Part shown: one piece after another, positions 46,130 through 54,759 of the stretch | Numbering within the stretch: the stretch's first letter is position 1 | Layout of the letters: each line of letters begins with the position of its first letter | From: Paraspadella gotoi | Lineage: Eukaryota; Animalia; Chaetognatha | DNA length: 54,759 nt | Direction: 5' to 3' | Assembly (NCBI GenBank): GCA_051294375.1 | Contig: JBJCIZ010000030.1 | Span: forward strand, 1 to 54,759 | Notes under the pieces: generated by a model | What the model was told of the DNA's origin: nothing | Seen by the model: only the letters and a program-made list of their open reading frames with translations | Databases searched by the model: none | Translations under genes and position numbers: made by a program

Positions 46130-47977
46130 CTGATTAAGGGCGGTTTCTTGAAAATCTTTAAGTATGTCGGTTAAAAATGGAAAAACTTTGGCAAAGGAGA
46201 TTCTGTGTTGAAAATCATTAATATCTTCTTCAAAAATTCGCGTCTTTTTAGCGATCGAGTAAAGGGTCTCGTTAGCTTGGCAGGAGGCCATCACCTCCGA
46301 AAGTGACAAAGTCCCAACCGCCGCAGACAAAGGGTTTGTTTCCTTGAAGACCGTTTCTAGAGATGAGTTTGGATACATTGCGGGGCGACTTAATGGGTCG
46401 CAAACTTCAGTTCGCAGCAAACTTCCTGTTAAAAACATCAGTAGCTGCACAAGCATAAGTAACCAGGCGAGGAGAAAAAAAATAGCAACGGCGGTTAGGA
46501 GCAGGCAGGCGCCTGTGCCGCGGCGGCAAGGGCGTTCTGACCCAGGTCGGTTCCCGCAGACAAAAGGCAGACCGATGAAGACGAATCCCATTATGATAGC
46601 GCAAACGGAAATGAGCGCCACAAAAATCGCTTTGAAGTAAAAAAAATCCCAACTATGCACAAAACTTTGTAATCTCTTGAAATGGGGTTTAACAATTCGC
46701 TTTATCTTGACTGGTTTGAAGTAGGAGCTCATGCGACCAGTGAACATGCAGACCTCCTTGGCAATGTGAAGTTTTCCCTCTTGGATTGACTCGGAAATTT
46801 CAGGCTCAAAGTTAATAATATAGCTTTGAACAGCGGCTTCTACTTTGGCCCATTTGACGAGACCATTGAGGAGATATCTTTTTAAGTCGGAGCCAACTAT
46901 TTCTTTCAGGTTTTCAGACAGAAATAGAAGTTGACCATCAACAGATGGCGCCAACACTTGCAATTGGTCGAGTGTATCATTAAAATAGTTGCAAACTCTC
47001 AGATAGCAATCACCGCTGCTGCGAATCTCGTCTAATCCGCTGAGCATGACTGAAAACAAATCCGATTTCCGTACAACATCTGATGCATTACGCAAAGAGA
47101 GGATGGAGTCCAGGATGTTCTGTGCTTTTTCCAGAAGGGTTAAACCTCTCTGCAGAAGAGTAGGCATTCCCGACAGCTTGTCCATTTCCTCTCCTACAAA
47201 CTGCCCCGCGATAGTGATGGCAGCCGAGATATTTTGAGAGGCAGCAGTGTATTCATCAACGAGGCCACGATCAATGCGCTCAATCAAACTTCGCTTCACG
47301 CCTCTCATCCCATCAATTTGATGTTCAGCACGAATGCTCCAGTCTGCCACTTCGCGACTAAGAGTCGCGGATGTTAGAAAGCAGGCAAAGATGGCTGTGG
47401 TGGCGGCAAGGACGAAGACTAGACCAACAGAGAAATAGAAAAAGCGACGACAGTTGTCCCACTTGGTGTCCACTCGATGAGTCTTTCCACCGCATTGACC
47501 AAACAGGCGACAAATGCAAAGAACCATCCCTAAAAAAGGTACAAGCGCGACCATTGTCAACATTGCCAGAGCTATGCAGGTTGTCCCTAATTTGGCTGTC
47601 GAAGCATTGATCCAGATTTGATCGGCTTTGGCGCTGAGATACGGCCATTTGATGAAAGAAGCAGCAAAATGAAATAAATTCCCGGCAAAGGAGGAATTGT
47701 CAGCAGCACCAGATGTCCGCCACGATTTTAAGGACTTATCGACAGAAGCTAGAATATCGAGGAAAGATGATGACGCCGAGATTATCCCCTCCATCTCCTT
47801 AGTCCATGTCTTTGAAAATGTAAGATCGTAATCATCTTCCCCAGGTCGAGATGCTAAGTGATAAAAAAGTTTTGTATCTCCGCATTTGTGAGCATCGATG
47901 GCCCAAGCTGATAACAACCAGCATGTAATAAATATGGCAAAGAATTTGTCTAATAACCTACTGCTTTTAGTAGACAT
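46130..47977 (-). CDS. PROM: Prominin, first coding exon (signal peptide and TM1-TM4)
   Basis: 616 codons. Cys-rich motif after TM1 (PFLGMVLCICRLFGQCGG), TM3/TM4 with CRRGTGACLL, then EVCDP and C...ETLY motifs. Donor CAG|GTCAGA. Confidence 0.9.
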
Positions 47978-50685
47978 TGCACTTTAATTTCACCTAATTA
48001 TTAAATCAGTCAAATGAAAAAAAAACAATGTGGAAAATTCTACTATACTTATCTACTTATATACTAGTCTTCAGCAGGAAAAAAACAAAGCAAAACCGAA
48101 AAGCATGTATTTTTTGTCGGTCCATCAGTCCTATCCCAAAAATCTTGCCAGTAATTGACTAGGATTTTCTCTAAAGATAATCTTATTTTAAGACAGTTAA
48201 TATAATTTTTATTGTAATAAGAATGCATCCATGAAAAGATTTTACCATAACTTGGATATTAAAAAATATTGAAATGTTTTAGTGCATAAATTAAAATTTT
48301 CTATTTGCGGAGCAACTCAATAAGTCACTTTTTGGTCGGTTAGTGTGTAGGTTGGTCTGTTAATATGTTCCACTTATATTTTAAATGCTCATAATTCGTA
48401 AAAGGAATAGGCCTCTGTCTTGTCGTCTTCCTCCCCTTCGTCTTCTCGGTTTCTTCTCTCTCGTCTTCAAATTTCACAGCTGCCCCAGTCCGTCCCGGAT
48501 GTTTCCCACTCTCTCTAAAAATATCTCTCCTTTCACTTTTTCTGTCTCTCTCTCTCTCTATATTTATAGTCGGATTTTTTTGAAACTTAATATTAACAAT
48601 ATTGTCATCATTCTACCTTGGCCGATATAAGAATATATTAAAAAAACCTCGGGCTTTGTTCGTCAGAGCTTAGTCCTAATCTATGGCACCATAGAGTGTT
48701 TCTATCTCAGAGGATCCGATTGCAGATGCCAATGGACGATTGTCTTTGACTTTTAATAATTGTACAATTTTTGTATTACTCTTTTAGTAATAAAATAGTA
48801 TTAGGCATCACTAAATATGTATTTTGCACTCTCTCTACATAAACGTTTATATTTTCATCCTTAATTGATCCAATTACATCATAAGAATGACTAGTAGACA
48901 CATTTGAATCCGACAATGTTTTAAATAAACAACCGGTCTCGGTGTCAATCTGTTCGTTTTTCCAAGCTCTTTTTAACTAAAAAACTTTTATTTGAAAAAA
49001 AAAAATTTTTCGCCCGAGCCAGGGGTGTTAAAGAGCCAAAATATGGAATTTCACCTTTTATGAGTATTTTTTAGCTTTTTTCAGTATTTTTTTTAATATA
49101 ATTATCATTAATCAAGTTAATTACTAATGATAATGTTTTTAAATTATCATATTTAACTATTTTAAAACATTCATTCACAAAAAATATTAGTTTAGGACTT
49201 AAGCCAAGGGTTGTTAAAGATCTAAAATTTTTAAATTGCCTTTTTAATATTTCAAATAATAATATTATTATTTTTTTAAGGATTACATATTTTAATCATG
49301 ATAATAAAAATATTTGGAATTTTAAATGTTTTTTAGTTAATTAACATACTTAATTAATTTTTTATAATTAAAAGCATTAAAAACTATTGTGACCTATTTA
49401 TAAAAAGTTTTTTTTTAAAGATTCATCTTAAAAACAAAGACAATTCATAAATTTTTTAAAATAATATAATGAATTGTTACAACAAGATATAATTATCAAA
49501 TGATATCCACTATCCAGATTTTATGCGATATCGCATAAAAAATAATAATTTTGGTTAATGAACTGAAACTAAGTTCTAGTTATGGCAATTTTAGCAAAAT
49601 TAGGTTAAAGGGTTAGTGTTTAGTTTTAACATTTGAGGTAATGTAATTCAGGTTGAATAAGTAAAAGTGAGCATTATGACAACAAGGTTGTTGTAGTTAT
49701 ACCAACTGGAAAGTTACAGATGGGAAAGTTTTATGGCCGATGATAGGTTCAAGGTTCATGCTTGGCCTTGGATGCAAAGCGGAGTTATGGCGAGGGAGGG
49801 ACTTAGTGGGATGCTAGGATAGAAATGATTTAATATTTTAATTAAAAATTTTAATTTAGACTTAAGAAAAACTTTTTTCTCATTAAAAAATTATTGTTAA
49901 CATATTCATTGTTTGATCCTTTCTTTTTTGTTGTTTTAGAGATTACAAAGAAAATTTAATGAATTTGTTAACAACGATAAAAATAAAATTTAACAAATTT
50001 ATTAAATTTTTTGTTAACATAAAATTTTTTTATAATCTAAAAATGCAATAAAACAGTTCAACACAATGTTTATAATTTAAACTTGTTAATAATTTTCTAA
50101 TCAATAAATTAATTAACAATTAGATTTAGTGAGAAAAACAAAACTTTGTTAAACAATTATTGAATGAAAAAATAAAAAACAATTATCTTTTAAAAATTAT
50201 TGTATATTAAAGAAAAATTATTTTATTTAATAACAAAATATTTGTATATAGAGTTAAACAACTATTACTCTTATCCGTACAAAATTTATATTCAATATCA
50301 TTTTTTAAAAATATTTTTTAAATAAATTTATATAGTATAAAGTAAACATTTTTATAGTTCGTTGTTATAGTTTAATTTCCGTAAAAAAAAGACTTTTTTA
50401 TCTTCATTTTCCCATAAGCCTCCCGAGAGTATTAAATTTTTTTTTGTTTTTATGGCTTTTGTTTGTAAAGGGGAAGGACGAACAGACCGACAAAGTGCAT
50501 TATAGAGCGAGAATTGCGATGAGCAGATTTGACTAAAAACAAAGAAATGGTTGAGAATAGGAATAGGGGGGCGCAGAGAAAAGTAAAAAGAAGAGTGAAG
50601 GAGAAAGGTGCAGAAGGATGACTATGCGGCTGCGGCTTAATCTGATAATGAGTCCCAGGGTGATAGTGTCGTCGTTGTTGGCGGC

Positions 50686-50891
50686 TGCATCATTCGGACT
50701 TTTTTTGGCGGTGAAGAGCCGGATCCTTGCTGACCGCCGCAACCGCCACGGTTTTAGAAGAGCTGCCTCCTTTATCATTGTCATTGTCGTTGTCATCGGT
50801 TAAAAACTCCCGCTTTGGGTAAGGCACTGGCGGCCTTCGAAAACGTCTTCACATGGTTGGGAATTTCTTCGAAGTAGAAGTCCTCCAGAGC
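50686..50891 (-). CDS. Possible terminal exon of an unidentified upstream host gene
   Basis: Acceptor TTCTTCCTAG| followed by ALEDFYFEEIPNHVKTFSKAAS in a GC-richer island. Stops after 32 aa, or after ~67 aa if one indel is assumed. Confidence 0.3.
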
Positions 50892-51144
50892 CTAGGAAGA
50901 ACAAAATGCTTTTTAAAAGCATAAGATCGTTGCAATCGCATAAAAGAAAAATCTGGATGACGAACATATTTTGATAATAAAAAAATCAAATTTGAGAAAA
51001 GAAAATTAAGTTATACACAGAAAGAAAAGAAAAATCTTAAAAGCATAAGGATCGTCGCAATCGCATAAGAAAAATCTGGATTGACGACAATTTTGATAAT
51101 AAAAAAAAATCAATTTGTTGAGAAAAGAAAATTAATTTATAAAC

Positions 51145-52320
51145 AAAACCCTACCGTGACGCTCGCGGGCACTTCCTGTCCACTGTTGCTGAGCACACAG
51201 CAAACACTGGCCACTTATTTAGAGAGTCAGACTGTCTCGTGCTGTCCCATGACCCAAACTGGTTCTCAAGAGGTATTAGGGTGGCAATCTATATCAAAGC
51301 TCTCGAACCCTCTTTGAACCATGATGGAGGACGATTCGACCTCCCTCCAAGCTATGATTCGCTTATTAAAAGCGTGGTGGAGGCCCCATCTCCACCACGT
51401 CCGCACAATGATTTCCCTGTCTCTACTCAACGCGACAGGCGGAGACCCTTACGCAGTCAATGGGCAGGCGATGCCTCTCCCTCGACTGTAGCAACAATCC
51501 CTCTCTCTGGGGAACGAGCGTCGACCAAAACAACGGCTCCAGGAGGAGGGGGAGGAGTCCAGCACTCCTGTCGCAAAAGCGACAAGAACTGACAACCGCC
51601 CACCTCGTCAGCAGGCGAGAAGAGGGCAGCTGGAGGGCGTATCAGGCCAAAGAGACATTCGAGTAGCACTTGGCATGTTTCCGCAAGGAAGCCTCCCTAG
51701 CCCGACAATAACATGTTTGGTTCAATTGTCCTCTCAACCAATGACACGCCAATGACCCAGCCCCATCGCCCGAGCCTCTCATTTGTCCAAACCAAGGGGG
51801 GCCAGCTCACTTTGAGCTCTATCTTAACTCTTAGTTTCTAACTTAACAATTTATCCTTTATACTAAATATATCTTCTCACTTTCACATTTCATTTTCACC
51901 TACACTTATTTATTTATCTATTAAGTAGTTAATTGTTAATGCCTGTTTATTTAATTTAAAAACTTTAATTGTTGTACATTTGAAATGTATTATTATTTTC
52001 TTTCTCCCTGTCTCTCTCTCTCTCACTCTGACCATTTCATTTCTTATTCAAAACTAAAATCTCTATCTGTCCTCATTCTTAACCTGTCCTCACCACTTGA
52101 CCACTATTCTTTTCTCAACTCTGTGTTGGAAACTTTGCCCTATTTCTCTCTCTCTCTTTCTCCCTTCTTTCACACAAAAACTGTCCAAAATTTCACAAAT
52201 CAATGACGCTGAAGAAGGCTTGCATCCAAAGCCGAAACATGTACGTTTTTCTATGAAAATAAAAAATTCCTTGTAAATTCAAACATTTTGCCTCTAAATA
52301 CATACAACAACGAAAAAAGA
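51145..52320 (+). mobile_element. 5'-truncated Penelope-like fragment (GIY-YIG C-terminus, 3' region, pLTR)
   Basis: LSHDPNWFSRGIRVAIYIKALEPSLNHDGGRFDLP is nearly identical to the protein at 40530-40700. Confidence 0.85.
52206..52246 (+). ncRNA. Minimal type I hammerhead ribozyme
   Basis: ACG-CTGAAGA-A-GGCTT/AAGCC-GAAA-CATGTA-CGT. Confidence 0.75.
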
Positions 52321-52334
52321 AAGGTTATTACCGC

Positions 52335-52907
52335 TAAACAAAAAGAAAAAGAAGAAAAGAATAAATATAAAGAAAGAATAGAAAGGAAGAAAAGAAAGGA
52401 AAGAAAGGAAAGAAAGAAAAGAAAGAAAAGAAAGAAAAGAAAGAAAGAAGAGAAAGGAAAGAAAGAAAGAAAAGGAAAGAAAGGAAAGAAAGAAAGAAAA
52501 GAAAGGAAAGAGAGAATAGAAAGGAAAGAAAGAATAGAAAAGGAAAAAATAGAAAGGAAAGAAAGAATAGAAAGGAAAAAAAGAATAGAAAGGAAAAAAA
52601 GAATAGAAAGAAAAGAAAGAATAGAAATGAAAGAAAAAATAAAAGGAAAGAAAAAATAAAAGGAAAGAAAAAATAGAAAGGAAAAAAAATAGAAAGGAAA
52701 AAAATAGGAAAAAAAATAAAAAAGGAAAAAAAGAATAAAAAGGAAAGAAGGAATAAAAGGATAAGAAGGAATAAAAAGGAAAGAAGGAATAAAAAGGTGA
52801 AAGAAAAGAATTAGAAAGAAAGCAATAGAAAGCGAAAAAAGAAAGAATAGAAAGGAAAGAAAATAGAAAGGAAAGAAAGATTAGAAAGAAAAGAAAAAAT
52901 AGAAAGA
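52335..52907. repeat. Purine-rich low-complexity tract (AAAG / AAAGGAAAG)
   Basis: About 570 bp of degenerate A/G repeats. Confidence 0.9.
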
Positions 52908-53600
52908 AACAAGTTTGAGCAAAACAATGTCGGAATCTGCCCTACAATAATTAAAGCTCGGTAATCTGCTAATCAGATGCATAAATCACAATATTTTTTT
53001 ATATTTTATTGTCGGATCAGCTTATCAGCAGATCCACGACTCTATTACTCACTTTGTCGTCCGTCAGTCGCCCCCTCAATATTGTCGGAAACACACTTAT
53101 ATCATGTCAGAACATCGAATTATGATAAATTATGCAAAAAAAACGATGATCCGTCCGTCCGTCTGTCCTGTCCGCTCCGTTCCGTCCCCCACCTTAGAAA
53201 AAAACTCTAATTACTCTGCTGATTGGATGCGATGGATTGGTATGAAAATTTCTCGTGTGTGTGGGTAAGGAAACTGTGTGATTGAGATGGATATGAAGTT
53301 TCGAGGGAATCGTGCCGAGCTGGAAAATTGGCGTTTAAATGCGAAAAAAACAAAAAAATATATTTCACTATTTGAACGCCAATTCTCATTCTTGGATGAG
53401 GGCCAATGACTTGAAATTTTGTATGATGTAGGGAAGGTGTGTGATTGAGCTGGATATAAAGTTTCGATGGAATCGTGCGCGAGTGGAAATGAGTTAAAAT
53501 GGAAACAAGTTTGAGCAAACAATGTCGGATCTGCCTACCGATAAATTAATATTAATTAATTAATTAATTAATCGGATTAATTATTTAATTAATTAATAAT
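52908..53600. mobile_element. Cluster of DINE-1/HINE-like fragments
   Basis: Two AACAAGTTTGAGCAAACAATGTCGG termini (~52908, ~53504) and an inverted core with a GTCC microsatellite matching 36857-37616. Confidence 0.6.
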
Positions 53601-54759
53601 TTTAATATGTAATAATTAATTTTAAATTTATATTCAACTTATCATCATCGATGTCCTTAAAATTGGCGGTATTAGGACAGTTATTAAATATGTTTTGTTT
53701 ACATTTTATCAAAACAAACAAATATCCTCTATTTTATTGTATGTCTCCTTCTCTCTCTCTCTCTCCACTCACTCTCTCTCTCTCTCTTCTCTCTCTCTTC
53801 CCTTTTTCGCAATGCGACGATTCTTTATTGCTTTTCAGATTTTTTTGTAACTTCATTCACTTCAATTAATTTAAAACATTTTATTAGTTAATCATTAATA
53901 TTAAAGATTCAAGTCAAAATGTGACTTATGTTTTTTCATTCTAAACTTCATTTCCCCTGGCACAATACTCCGTCAATACTTATATATTATTACTATATTA
54001 ATAATATTTAAAACTTCAGACTGCAACAACCCAATGAACAATTGCAAACAGTTTATATTGAACAACTCGATTAGTAGATAAAAGGAAAAAAAAATTTGAA
54101 AGAGAACTAGAAGTTATTAAAAAGTGTTCTTCCAATTTGGCCGCTCCTTAGCTAGATATTAGGTCTCCTCCACTAGACAAAAATTATGCGATTTGTGTGA
54201 TCGTGATACTTTATAGTGATGATATATTTTCTTCTTGAATTTTATCAGTAAATCTCGTCTTCGATATGACAATTATTGTGTTTCGTAAATCTTTTACTAT
54301 ATTTTGATTTTGAATTTTACTCTCTTTCGAGATTTGAACATGAGCCAGTAAGGTGAGTAGATAAGGGGGAATAGTGAAATAAGTTTGTTGATACAAGAAG
54401 CTAAAAGATATAGAAGTTTTGACCTTGTTCGGAATGCAAGTTGTGAAAATATATCAATGAAATGATTTGCAAGTTTGTAAAAATGGTGGAATGCCCAAGT
54501 TTTTAATAATAAATCCTTAAAAAGAGTCATAAGTGTATCGTCATTCCCTTTACCGTGGATGTATTGCATAAAAAGAAGTAACGAACGTCATGTAGAGGAT
54601 AAATGAGTGTCAGAGAGAAAAGACGCTGGTTTATTGTTAGATGCCCTATTTTATCTCGGAAACTCTCTCATCTTTCGGTATCATTGTCATGCTCTTCTGC
54701 TCGCATACTCTCGTCTATCTCTGCATCTTTTGAATTGACGGACGATACTCCTATAATAG

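Noticed and set aside
52288-52659. 123-aa Lys/Glu/Arg-rich ORF
   Set aside because: Translation of a purine-rich simple repeat.
54211-54759. Short ORFs at the right edge of the window
   Set aside because: No recognisable motifs, multiple stops and truncated context.

Overview
AT-rich, repeat-dense eukaryotic (probably invertebrate animal) genomic DNA. Short N-runs and homopolymer indels mean some frameshifts may be assembly errors. One host gene can be reconstructed: a minus-strand, three-exon prominin (47977-46130, 35218-34788, 20557-19795; about 1013 aa) whose two introns (about 10.9 and 14.2 kb) are mostly transposons. The most notable feature is a near-complete 10-kb Ty3/Gypsy LTR retrotransposon (1930-11922, minus strand). 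It carries an env-like ORF with the cysteine and motif pattern of chuvirus class III fusion glycoproteins. It has reversed LTR termini (5'-CAT...ATG-3' instead of TG...CA) fixed by a 4-bp TSD, PBS and PPT. It also has an OTU-like domain plus AT-hook between RNase H and integrase. A diverged, decayed relative (about 26220-34716) shares the termini, PBS and insert. Also present are a degenerate CsRn1-type Gypsy, two different TRIM-like miniature LTR elements, a solo LTR, a Penelope-like element with many pseudo-LTR fragments bearing minimal hammerhead ribozymes (often as inverted pairs), MITEs with 8-bp TSDs, and DINE-1/HINE-like repeats. All family assignments come from motif recognition by eye; no database search was run.
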